A stretch of 38,720 bases of DNA. Origin: Catajapyx aquilonaris (Eukaryota). The stretch covers positions 1 through 38,720 of the forward strand of contig KZ538958.1 of the NCBI GenBank assembly GCA_000934665.2, given 5' to 3'. The first letter of the stretch is position 1, and each line of letters begins with the position of its first letter. The translations under genes and the position numbers were made by a program. Positions 24,152-35,027 of this stretch are shown here, piece by piece. The notes beneath the pieces are model-generated. The model saw nothing but the letters and a program-made list of their open reading frames with translations. It made no database searches and was not told the DNA's origin.

Positions 24152-24250
24152 ATATAGCTTACAGAGAAAAACCAACGTCAGATTTGGATTCAGCACACTC
24201 GAATTAGGTCAGAACTAGTGCTAGCATCAATGCAACAAAAAAAGGATAAA

Positions 24251-25237
24251 CTATTGTTTATCCGCACCTTAACAACACGGTCGGTGTTAGGGGGGCGGGG
24301 GGCCTCCCGACGGTTGGCAATGTTGCGTCGCAAACAATCGGGTGGCTATTGATACTGCTGCATGGTTACATGGAACTGCTTTATTCTTCTTTTTGGGCTT
24401 TCGGGGATTCAATTCGGGATTTTGAGGTGATTAAGTGGATGGAATAGCCCTTTGTCTTGGTGTTGGTGTATGGCTTTTTGTTACCGCAATAGTACTGTAC
24501 ATTGTTGTGGCCCTGCCAGGCATGGTACGTCGCCCGTGCGTGATATTTTTAGTTTTTGCATAGCGACAGCGGAGCTGGGCGCTTATTGTGGGTTTCTGTA
24601 TCCGCAACATTTACTGTCCGTCTTGTGGCGCCGCAGGCCAACGAACGTTATTGTGGCTTTGCCAAGCGCAAAGTACACCTTCACACAGTCCGTTAAACCA
24701 ACGAACTGCATGACGCCAAGTTCCGCCCGCCACCACCCGGCTCTCCCCTCCAATCATGCCCACGACTCACTCTGCAGGCATACTACTGCACAAGCTCAGA
24801 AAACACGGCTGGTGAGACATCATATCGTTCTTTGGGTTAACGGACTGCAGCACAACCATCATGGCTTTCATATTTCCCACCTCCTTCATTAATACTGTGG
24901 TCCTAGCACTCGTCTGAACGGTTCCCGTGGCAGGGGTAAGAAGACGCCCTTTGTTATGCTCTCCCGGCAACCGGTTGTTTGCAACGCGTCATAGTTAAAA
25001 CCACCAGTCATCAGTCCATTATAATTCAACCATCTAAGCATTTAGGAATGATAATACCTTGTCTTCATTAATACTGTGGTCCTAGCACTCGTCTGAACGG
25101 TTCGCGTGGCAGGGGTAAGAAGACGCCCTTTGTTATGCTCTCCCGGCAACCGGTTGTTTGCAACGCGTAGCCAACATGTTTGGAACACACGACGCCCTGC
25201 CAATCCCACTGCGTCGCTAGGTGCGGATAAACGATAG
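24251..25237. mobile_element. Unclassified 987-bp TIR element with an internal 106-bp direct repeat
   Basis: 19-bp TIR ctattgtttatccgcacct / aggtgcggataaacgatag. Direct repeat 24884-24989 and 25063-25168 (one mismatch seen). No clear TSD. Confidence 0.6.
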
Positions 25238-25587
25238 ACTTTCCCAAAAAACTTGCTGGCCTGTGTAATGAATGATAATTTTGGCATAATTATTACAATA
25301 TAATATTATTCACAATGACGATTCACAATCACCATGATTACAGTTCTTGCAAATTTCTGTGCCATCCCTTCCCACCTTCTGTCCCTGAGATAAATAGCTT
25401 TACGTTCTGCCCACCTTCCTGTTGGCAACATCATTGTTATTGTTGACCGTCATTGTTTCTCATTGTAGCATACATAGCCTACCACCCATCCAAATAGAAT
25501 TAATCACTACACCACCACCTCATCTGGTATGAAGTAACATCAATGTCACACAAAGGCAGCAAGTAATGACACACTCAGCCACCTTAC

Positions 25588-26046
25588 TTGATATATGGCT
25601 CCCACGGTGCTTCCAGTGGTGTACCCAAGAAGTGGATGAAGGATCTCCAGGACCATCAGGACTTGCGCAAACTTGAATGTCCCTCCAACAGCGTCATACA
25701 CCTGCTCAGTGGCACCTGGCCCATCTCTGAGGTACAAGGTTGACATGACCCCCAATATGTACAGGAAGGTCACCCATTGAACAAGATTGTACAGGAAAAG
25801 GTAGATCTTGCGCAGGGACTCCACCTTGTATCCATATTCTACCTGGAAAAGCTTGTCAAATGCTTCAGGGTAATCTTGCATGATGTCGCGAGCAACCTCC
25901 TCCTCATCTTGTTCCTCCTCATCCTCATGCTTCCAGCGATCAAAATCAATACGTAGCCACACTGGTTTGGCTGGACAAGCAGTCAGACGGGGCCACCATC
26001 CTTTCTCTGCCTTCAGTATCTGCACATCAACCTGCCGGTCAGTCAC
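25588..26046 (-). CDS. HACD3: HACD3 coding exon 2 (end of CS domain, acidic linker, first PTPLA transmembrane helices)
   Basis: VTDRQV...WWPRLT...WLRIDFDRWKHED...YLFLYNLVQW...LEILHPLLG...IYQ. tttccag acceptor and gtaagg donor on the minus strand; 459 nt, phase 0/0. Confidence 0.95.
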
Positions 26047-26466
26047 CTGGAAAGAGGGCCAAGTGTCTGTCACACTTATGTCATGTCAGGTTAGATGGGA
26101 TTCAGTTACTTAAGCCTTAACACATGCTTAAAGCATAAGAAAATTGGCATGTATTTCAACTGGAATTATATATATATATATATATATATATATTTAAAAC
26201 TAGGGGTCATACACGTATTATGTCATCCTCCACAGACGTGGGGGGGTCAGTTTCTGCCTGGTGACCAAAGGCAACAAGATGGGGGAAGTCCAGCAAGGGA
26301 TATCACATTTTACTCCTTAAAAATTATTAGAAAAATACAAGTGAAGCAAACTAGCATACTAGCATTAATGTGAAACAGCATAAAATGGAGAGGCATACAA
26401 CAACTGTACTTCTTGTATAGAGAGGAAAACAACTCGCACATATGTTACACGGATTCGAATGATATA

Positions 26467-27045
26467 CAGGGTGTATCAGAGTCACGGGTCAAGCGCGCGG
26501 GGGGGTGGAAGGGGGGGCGNGGGAATCGTAGATGGCAACAACCCCGGTCGGTTTTATAAAACAATTAGAAATACGGCAGTAATCAATTTATTTATTATGG
26601 CCGTACGGCGTGACGTCACATCCTACTTTCTCTTCGAAGTGACTGGCGGGGACTGGCAAATGCATTGGGTTGAACCTGGTTGACGGGTTTTTAGCCTTGC
26701 AGGTTGCACTGAAAAAGGCGCTCTCTTGCTACACCAGTAGGGTACTGTACAAAGTAGTGTACTACTGTACAGTGTGTTCAGTACTCTGCCGGTGTAGCAT
26801 GAGAGCGCCTTTTTCAGTGCAACCCGCAAGGCTAAAAACCCATCAAGCAGCTTCAAACCACTGCACTCTTGCCTTGCATTTGCCGTGCACGCCAGGCTCA
26901 ATTCGAACAGAAAGCACGGCCGTAATAAATAAACTGATTACTGCCGTATTTCTAATTGTTTTATAAAACCGACCGGGGTTGTTGACACCTACGATATTTC
27001 CCCACCCCCCTGCGTGCGCTTGACCCGTGACTCTGATACACCCTG
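26467..27045. mobile_element. mariner-type MITE with TIRs of about 140 bp and an internal palindrome of about 165 bp
   Basis: cagggtgtatcagagtcacgggtcaagcg / cgcttgacccgtgactctgatacaccctg. Internal inverted repeat at about 26681-26845. Interrupts a family C relic. Confidence 0.85.
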
Positions 27046-27196
27046 TGTAACGTAACTTTTTCAGATCATCAGCCTGGGAGTTGTTTCGAGTCAAACACAG
27101 GGCTGAACAGATAGTATTCAGATGGTGTATTAAAATTAATGAGTGGTAGTGTACAGTACCGGTCAAATGTTTAGCATCACCCCCCAAGCAGAGGTT

Positions 27197-27504
27197 AAAA
27201 AAAAAAAAAGAAAAGAAAAGAAAAAAAGAAAGAAAGAAAAAAACGTGATAGGGCAGAGCCCCCTTAGGGGGGAAGGGGAGGTTCCCAAGGGAGGGTGCTG
27301 TAATTTATAATCCTTTCTGACTTTGTGAAATACACCAGACCTTTTCTCCTGGCCCTGGGCAGAGTAGGGAGTGCAATTCTGCCCCGGCATGTCGGGTGAA
27401 AAGTGGAAAAAGACCCGGCCAAGCAGAGGTGACGGGGACGGGATTTGAACCCCGGCCTCCCGCTTGGCTGGCCAGTGGTGTAACCACTAGACCACCATGC
27501 CTCC
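27197..27504 (-). mobile_element. tRNA-derived SINE family 2, copy 1
   Basis: Reverse complement homologous to 35584-35930; A box TGGTCTAGTGG, B box GGTTCAAATCC. Confidence 0.85.
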
Positions 27505-27638
27505 GAGGGTTTTTATTTCTCAAGCCTAAACTTACGGTACAAATTGAAAGTGTGAGGTATGTTGAAAGCGTCGTGAATAACTCTACAAACCAAAAAAAGA
27601 ACGGTCATTCTACATTCAACAGAAGCGCAGATATTACA

Positions 27639-27642
<4 letters not shown>

Positions 27643-27669
<27 letters not shown>

Positions 27670-28015
27670 TATTTATTTTTACGTTACCCCGTGCTAGGGC
27701 CATGGGCCCTTATAGGGGGGTGGATTACCACCATTTTCCTTCAATTTTCTTATTATTTTCTTCTAACACCGGTGCAAGGATGAAAGGACAAGAGGTAAGG
27801 ATAGGGATTTTCGGGGAGGGAACATGGGTGCAAGTGCACGTCTGAAAACGGGTCATGTGCTGTTCCCCAGGAGGTTAGGTTGCCAGACACCTCCTTGGTG
27901 CAGGTCAGAGACCCTCCTGACGCAGGTGAAAGGAAAGTTCCCCAGGCGGGGATCGAACCTGGGGCCTTTCACTCAGCAAGCCGAGACGTTACCATCACGG
28001 CCACCACACCTCCCC
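27643..28015 (-). mobile_element. tRNA-derived SINE family 1, copy 3
   Basis: Homologous to the copies at 8721 and 23795; (TAA)n tail; TSD agatattacatatt. Confidence 0.92.
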
Positions 28016-28208
28016 AGATATTACATATTTTGTTTTTAAAACAAATCTCGAACATCTACATTTTCAACTATAAATATTAATAAATAAAGGTAATCATCAC
28101 GAATTCATGCTTTATTATTTTTATTTATGGCAATAAGTAAACGCCGAACACAAAAAAAATCACCACAAAATAATAAAAAAATTATCACTCAAACTGTAAT
28201 TTATAACA

Positions 28209-28433
28209 TATGCGGCATTTCTTGTTATATGCACCCAACATTTGACGTATCGCCAACAGCGCATAACTTGAGAACTGATACACCTACAAAAATGAGGTTT
28301 GGACCAGCCGATTTGGAAGACCTTAACAAATCAGTAAGTCCAAACCTCATTTCTGTAGGAGTATCGGTTCTCAACTTATGCGCTGTTGACGATACGTCCA
28401 ATGTTGGGTGCATATAACAAGAAATGCTGCATA
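28209..28433. repeat. Palindrome with arms of about 107 bp (hairpin MITE)
   Basis: tatgcggcatttcttgttatatgcacccaacatt... and its near-perfect reverse complement; explains the mirror-image ORFs at 28127 (+) and 28225 (-). Confidence 0.88.
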
Positions 28434-28449
28434 CTTTAAAAAATTAACC

Positions 28450-28670
28450 GAAGCAGGTTGGTGTAGTGGTTAAGGAGTCCGACTGCTAATCGGGAGGTCC
28501 TGGGTTCGATTCCCAGGGCTGGCAACCCTGACGTGGTTTTCTGTGGTTTTCCACGGTCCCCCCCCTTGGATAATTCTGGCGTCGCTTCCGTATAATAGGC
28601 CACAGCCATTTCCTTCCTTCCCTATAATTGGCCCCCTATCATTAATAATAATAATGATAATAATAATAAT
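28450..28670 (+). mobile_element. tRNA-derived SINE family 3 (head retains a GCT anticodon arm)
   Basis: A box TGGTGTAGTGG, anticodon arm ccga-ctgctaa-tcgg, T arm ctggg-ttcgatt-cccag, non-tRNA body, (TAA)n tail. Confidence 0.75.
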
Positions 28671-29108
28671 AATTATTATTTTTATTTTTATTTAAAAAAA
28701 CTCCAATTCGAGTGACTTAAAATTTTGTTTGTGGTAATTTCTTTTGTGTTCCATGTTTACTTATTGCCATAAATAAAAATAATAAAGCATGAATTCGTGA
28801 TGATTACCTTCATTTATTAACATGTATAGTTGAAAATGTAGGTGTTCGAGATTCTTTAAGAAAACAAAATAGGTAATATCTGCATCTCTGTTAAACCTAG
28901 AATGACCGTTCCTTTTTAGGTTCGTAGTGTTATTCACGACGCTTTCAACGGTGCCTCACACTTTCGATTTGAACTGTAAGTTTAGGCTTGAGAAATTACA
29001 AACCTCTGCTTGTGGGGTGATGCTAAAAGTTTGACCGATACTGTAGGTTGGGTGTTTGGGTTACTAGTGTAAAAACATGTTCTAGTCATGTACAATAACT
29101 GACAATAC

Positions 29109-29327
29109 CTGATAAACACAGTCATCTTTCTTGATGGGCAGGTAGAAGTCAACAGCAAACTGGTACATATTCTGACCCATGGCTCCCCAACCATTGGCCA
29201 TAAACTTAAAGGAACGCTCATTCACAGTCACCTCAGGAGAGCGAACATCACGGAGGTCCACCCGCAGCAGAACCACTTTGTCTGTCTGTGCCCAGTACAC
29301 AAATGGTTTCAAAGAATCACCCGGCAT
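29109..29327 (-). CDS. HACD3: Very-long-chain 3-hydroxyacyl-CoA dehydratase, coding exon 1 (p23/CS domain)
   Basis: MPGDSLKPFVYWAQTDKVVLLRVDLRDV...; the P-x-V-Y-W-A-Q motif marks a CS domain. ATG at 29327, donor gtattg after 29109, 73 codons, phase 0. An acceptor at 29347-29348 implies an upstream non-coding exon. Confidence 0.93.
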
Positions 29328-30038
29328 CCTCACCACACTTCATTAACTGAAGGAAATAAAATATCCTGATGAGACATAAACATGCTTTGGTTGATTACAC
29401 TCTATGCAATGAGAGTAAAAATTGCCTTAGACATGTACTAGTCATGAATTATAAACAGCTCAATATATAAATGATACCTTTCACCCCTGCCAGCTTATTT
29501 CGGCCAGAAGTGCTAACCTTAAAACACAGAAAAACCTGTTTCTTAGGTAATAACTAGTAGAAACAATGTATGGCACCTGAAAAATGTTGGCAAGAGCCTT
29601 CCCATCTGGGAGAAAGCCTTGGTCATAATATATTATAAGGTCTGGTTGCATAGCCACCAGGAAACATTTACGGTTGAAAATGAACCAAAAAAGTTAGTTA
29701 TTCATTGTTGTCAACAATGCTTTCAACAATTAACAGCAAACTTTTCTGGCTCTTTTCCTGCAGGAAAAGATTTTCTGAAAGAAGTGTAACCGACTCAATG
29801 TGGAAGGAAAAACTATCTCTGTGTCTGCACTCTTCCCTACCTTGCCCTGCTTACCCTGTGGGTTGCCTACCCTGTCTGAGGGGTGTAACCTGAGCAAGAT
29901 TGTTCATGCATCTTGAACCTGAGTCATTATCAACTTTAACGCGGAAACTATGCTTTTCCGGACGTGGGTTCTTAGGCAAAACGTGTTCTACTCTGGCCCC
30001 TCCACAAGCTGTAGGAGTATCTGATAGAAATCCATTAA

Positions 30039-30321
30039 CCCTGGAACTGTGATGTGCCTGAAAGTTACGCCAACCATGCCGTGGGGTCTTTTAGGACCCA
30101 TCCATATTTTAATTTTTATTAATTTTTATGTAATACTTTTCAATGCATTGACTATATGCAATCATTCTTTGAACAATGGTTAAAATGATCGCTAATTCAA
30201 AAGAAACATGCACTTCCTGTTATATACTTTTTTTTAAGGCAAATGTTCATTGTCATTATCATTTTAATGCATTTTAATTCCTTTGGGGTCCTTTATAAGA
30301 CCCCTCGTCACGGCTCCAGGG
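30039..30321 (+). mobile_element. piggyBac-like MITE family B, copy 2 (no Helitron)
   Basis: TTAA TSD on both sides, ccctgga...tccaggg ends. Appears inserted just inside a mariner-type end (ttaa|caccctgta). Confidence 0.88.
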
Positions 30322-30959
30322 TTAACACCCTGTAGAGAAGGAAACCATGCTGAGATCAACCTTCACCTCCTAAGGCAGTGCTTCCCAAACTATGGGTCGC
30401 GACCCCATTTGGGTTGCAAGGGAGGGTAACATACTATTTTAACAAAATGATTATATCTCTCTGGAAAAATATGTCTCTATACCAGAAGATGTACTAAGTT
30501 ATTGGTGATTGTCATCATTGACAATCCCGTCTTTTCAGGTTAGTGGTTCAAATTGTGCATATCTGGTAGGGTGATGAGAGAGAGGTAAGGTATGCTATAG
30601 TGGGGACGTTTGGGCAGGAAAGATTAAATTGGAAAGTGGGGTTCACGAATGCTGTGCGACAATTTTCTAGGGTCACCAACAAAAAAAGAGTCGGAATCCC
30701 TGTCCTAAGGAGTGTTTTCATACACATTTCATGATGAGCCATTACTTGCACTAATGTGGTACGAACCTGTAATCTGTGTAGTTCTCAATTCCTGGGTCTT
30801 CTGCAGCACTTCCTGTAGATTTTGCAATCTCCACTTGTGAAACTGGTGGAGAAGAGGGATCGTGATGTACACAAGATCTGGTTATGTAGCTGAAGGACAC
30901 GTAAAAGAGGCAAATAATATTGTTGCGAAACTCATGGGAAGCGTGAGTCTTGATATTTG

Positions 30960-31700
30960 AACGTTGGGATTTTACAACTTAACCGGCAGTTCACGTAAGA
31001 AATTCTGCCTGTGACGTCATGTATCGTACAATAATTTTGCATTACAATTTGCCAACTCCGTGTCATACTACGTTACTCACAGAACCAATGCAGTACGTCT
31101 TCAGAGGCCTTATTATTTGATACATTATTTATTCCCCATATTGCTTCTGAAGCTGTTATTTGGTACGAGGAGTGAGAGCGGTTTTTTTTACGTGCACGCC
31201 GCCATATTAGAGCTAGTAAGTCACGTGATCGTGATCGAGGCATCGAGCCAACCATGCATCGAGCTTTTCATCAATCTACTTAAAAATATAATTCCTTTCC
31301 AGTTCAAGCCCAAAAGTGTACTCTCGGCCAGTGTAAAGTTTCCGTCATTAAAAAGTATAAATTCTCACATATAATCTTTTACAATCATTAACATCAAATG
31401 GTTCAAAAAATCTCCGTTTTGCCGCCATCCTGGTGGCGTGAGCGTCACTACTGGGCTAATAATGCTGAATGAACTGGGAAGCCGGTTGGCACTTGGCAGA
31501 GACTAGTCGGCGTCTTTGCATTTAACTCTATCCACCCAGGCTCTGCCTAAGGAAACCACAAAGCCAGACAACGACGTGGTTTCATTAGGAAGGAGCCAAA
31601 GCACCTATAGTTGGCAGGCTACAACGACGTGGGGATGGCCGTCATAGATTACTAACAACTATTGAATAGGCCTCAAGTGAATAGGTAAGGCATCATTTAA
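30960..31700. promoter_or_regulatory. Candidate promoter and non-coding first exon(s) of HACD3, possibly bidirectional
   Basis: Locally CpG-rich, apparently non-repeat DNA between divergent genes. TGACGTCA 31012-31019, GCCGCCATATT (YY1-like) 31198-31208, GTCACGTGAT E-box 31220-31229. Minus-strand donor gtgagt at 31080-31075; plus-strand donor gtaagg at 31685. Confidence 0.5.
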
Positions 31701-31839
31701 ACCCCATCCCATTCACTGCTGTTGTATGCTTCAACTGTACCCGGGGGCTCATCAGGTGGGAATTTCGTTCGTCTGGAATCACGTTGATACTAGGAAAATA
31801 ATTTCTTGTGCGTGCAATGGCATTTACGGAAAAATGAAA

Positions 31840-32388
31840 CAGTAAAACTTTTATAAGTCGAAGTTCTGTATAATTAGCTTGGTTGGTCGCAATGTAAAAT
31901 AATAGGAAATAAACTTCCCTAACTCGAAGTTCACCATAACTCGAAGTGCAGGCAGGGCCGTACGATGGGATATCAATGCATTTTCAGCAAGATTTTCAGT
32001 CTCCCGAAGTCGAAGTTCTTGTTGGCGAGTATGGATAATTTTAGCTCATTTCCCAGCCAAAGAGTCGAGAGTACAGACATGTACAGAAAGGCTTCAATAT
32101 CCTGATCTCCGTCTACCAGACGTACCAAAAGAAGTGTTTGACTCGAATGTGACCCTTGAATCTAAGAGAAGGCAAATGTCCATAACGGAGTTTTTTTCAC
32201 AACGAAATGACCAGGAACATTGTAAGTGTGATAGTGACAGTTATTTTTAAGTGTGACCTTGGTCACCTTTTCTCGCTGGATATGAAAGTAGGCTTCCTTA
32301 TAGAGTTATGTGCTTTAAAAAATCGAACTTCTCTAACTCGAGGTTTTTTTCCTGTCCCATGGAGATTCGACTTATAGACGTTTTACTG
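31840..32388 (+). mobile_element. MITE family A, copy 3 (more diverged, with deletions)
   Basis: cagtaaaacttttataagtcg...cgacttatagacgttttactg; colinear with copy 1. Confidence 0.85.
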
Positions 32389-32480
32389 TAATTTTATGCC
32401 GGTGTAATTGCCCCCCNCCCCCAAAAAAAAAAAAAAAACCTTGTCATTCCCACAAAACTTGTGGTCCATTCTTTACCTCT

Positions 32481-32811
32481 CACACTGGGAATTCTTTATC
32501 TGAAATGCTTGGGACTGTGTTTCAGATGTCAGATTTTGGAATATTTTATATTGCATATATAAAGTGGGATAACTTTGGGATGGGGTAAATACCCATACTG
32601 CTATCTATACTGTATACATTTCTTAACAGAATTTATACATTAACCCTGGAGGTAGTTTTAATAATTTTGATTACGTATGGATACTAGTAATGATGCTAGT
32701 CATGCGATATTCAAATGGAATTTCCCATTTGAGGCATATGTCAGCACAAAAAACTTATGGATTTTACAGGTTTTTGGTTTTTGGAATTCCGGATAAAGGA
32801 TTCTCAACCTG
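32481..32811. mobile_element. Tigger-type MITE resembling Tigger4/MER46
   Basis: ttatctgaaatgcttgggac near the left end and ccggataaaggattctcaacctg at the right end; repeated (c/t)ggatttt motifs. Family resemblance is from recall. Confidence 0.6.
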
Positions 32812-32931
32812 TGCATGGTGTTAACATATGCCCGTGTGCTTTCTTCTCAAATCTAAATCTAGCATAGGTTTGGAACTGATTACAATTCCCTTCATGATTG
32901 CTTAAAATAGTCGTTACTCTTGTAAGTGTAG

Positions 32932-33153
32932 TGTTACCAGAGCATCTCCCTTGTACTGTTGACATGGAAACCAGAGGTTATGGACCTTCTGCCCTGGTGA
33001 CCTGGGAATGGGCACACTGGAGTTTCGAATTTGTTACAATAAAGATGTGTTCTAACTAGGCTCTTCCTCTGAGCCAAGCTCGAGTGGGATAATAATTAGA
33101 CTCAGGGCTAGGAGCCGAAGGCACTCTTTACTCAGCATGACTTGGTGGCAACA
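32932..33153 (+). mobile_element. Possible solo LTR
   Basis: tgttacc...ggcaaca ends, internal AATAAA near 33039, flanks gtag / gttg. Single copy and weak evidence. Confidence 0.3.
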
Positions 33154-35027
33154 GTTGTCCATCTCACGCTAACAGAGGGAGCAACAATCTGAGTTAGTGT
33201 AGTACTCAAATCATGCCAGAGTGCAATAAGTGCCAGCCATCTCCACTGTTCCGAAGATGGTGAATGATGTCAGCACATTCCATAGGTCCACAGGTGGTCA
33301 CTATGTCAATCAGTAACAAGCCAGCTCATCTTCAAACTCCCACTTTTGGATGCCTTTTTCTTCGTTGCTGAACATGGGCTGGATGGAAGCAATGCTTTGA
33401 CATCAAGTAGCCTACCCTTCATTTTCTGATTTGTGTTACTGACCAAGGAAGGAGCAGGTTAATGCTGTACTCTATGCGATGGGCTTGAAAGCAGAATTGT
33501 TGCCCCAACCCCTATTGAGATTTTCATGCATCAACTCTCATTTGAATTTTGCCGGTTTTTAACCTTTGTCTCCTGTGGCCATGTTGGTTGTATGATCATC
33601 CAACCAAGCAAACAAAAATTTAACAATTCACTGGTATAACCCCGACGGAAATTTCTTGCGCCATAGCCTTAGGAAATATTCATAGTTTATATGTTCATGA
33701 GTATTTACACCACTCGCTTGATATTTTTAATGGCATGACGTCATAGGCCTAAGGTCTCATTCATCGTAAATGAACACTTACTGCGCGAATTTAAATACTG
33801 TACACATAGCTCCTTGCCACATATTTATCGGTAAGTGGACATGCAGCTGAAAACCATTTTAAAACGAACAAAATTCTGCGACTTACTTTTTCCAGGGGGG
33901 GGGGGGGGGGGGGNGGGGGAGACAGAGAGAGAAATCAGAACAATCAGTCAAGAGTAGGCAAACTCCCCCGCTGCCATTTCAGTCATGAAAGTGTCCTCGC
34001 TCCTAATTGGCCAGACGGATTGCTCCGAGCTCTAGGCGTTGCCCGCTTTCCACCTGAGCCACCTTTTTTGCACCTGGTGGATCACATTAACTTCCTTTTC
34101 AACCGGACCTTTAGCCTGTTGAGGGCGACGACCATCATATGATGGTTTGCGGGTGTTGGAATTTTGCGCGCTGAAATATGCACAGAGAATTCGAACTTTG
34201 CCATTCCAAATTCGGTTCAATATACTCCTGGCATCTCTGGGATGGTGACTAAACTACCATGACACTCCCACAATGCACTGGGCAGGAGCCAAGCCGAGTC
34301 GAACACTCCACGGACATGCTGCTGCCGCGTCATCTTTCATGTAAACAAATGCCCTGAGTACAGGGTGTCAAATAAAGTTGGACCCTTAGGAGTTTCTCAT
34401 AGTACAGTGTTGTGGTAATATTATGCAACCATAATAACAGTGTATAGTGACTATGTAAACTTGTTAGGCCTATCGACGTTCTGAGAGCCAGAAGATCTTG
34501 AAAAAATTATTTCTGGGACACCCTGTGGATGAATTTTTTCCATCATTTTACATTCAAAAGGACCACCACAAATTAAAATGATTAATTTTGGTGCGAAGTT
34601 GTTCTTCATTAATATCACTTCTACATCGAAAAAAAGAAAAAAACCACCAAAAAACCTATCCCTCAACAGGTTATAAAATTTTAAATATAAGCCTAGGAAA
34701 GTAGGTAAAGTGTGGGGTCTCCTGATACTAAAGCGTAGCCTCTTTTAAACCTGGGGCCGATTGAACAAGTGAGCCTAACATCCAAGTATAATTTTTGTCG
34801 TTTATTGCACTGTAGGTATTTTGACCAGTAGATATAATGACAGTGGCTGTATTTTGAGCAGTAGGTATTTTGGCTGTCTGCATTTTGGGCTGTTGGTATT
34901 ATGTTTGGGAAGGGATTTCAGATGGCAAATGGTTGATGTACTGTACCTTGCATTACTTTGTTTTTCCATGCCACGGCTTATAGGGCATTACCTCTACATA
35001 TTTATTTTTCAGAGATTGGTTTGAGAC

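Larger units (their letters stand above)
21549..25265. mobile_element. Chapaev3-like (CMC) non-autonomous shell holding four nested insertions
   Basis: Termini cacaggccaacaa / ttgctggcctgtg (CAC...GTG), 3-bp TAA on both sides. Subterminal inverted similarity (gctgatttcaaatctga at about 21618 vs tcagatttggattcagc at about 24178). Confidence 0.6.
27154..29043. mobile_element. Tc1-like MITE with long TIRs hosting three SINEs and a palindrome
   Basis: cagtaccggtcaaatgtttagcatcacccc / ggggtgatgctaaaagtttgaccgatactg, TA flanks. The left arm pieces (27154-27196, 27505-27642, 28030-28170) pair with about 28725-29043. Confidence 0.85.

Noticed and set aside
24452..24892. 146-aa ORF within the unclassified TIR element
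   Set aside because: Non-ATG start and no recognisable domain or transposase motif.
27163..28080. ORFs shared with 35538-35870 and other SINE loci
   Set aside because: Incidental reading frames through non-coding SINEs.
28450..28525. tRNA-Ser(GCT)-like gene
   Set aside because: No convincing acceptor stem and no long variable arm; it continues into a SINE body and (TAA)n tail.
34361..34525. Possible small mariner-type MITE (cagggtgtc...gacaccctg)
   Set aside because: Only 9 bp of inverted match, the right TA is absent, and it is single copy here.
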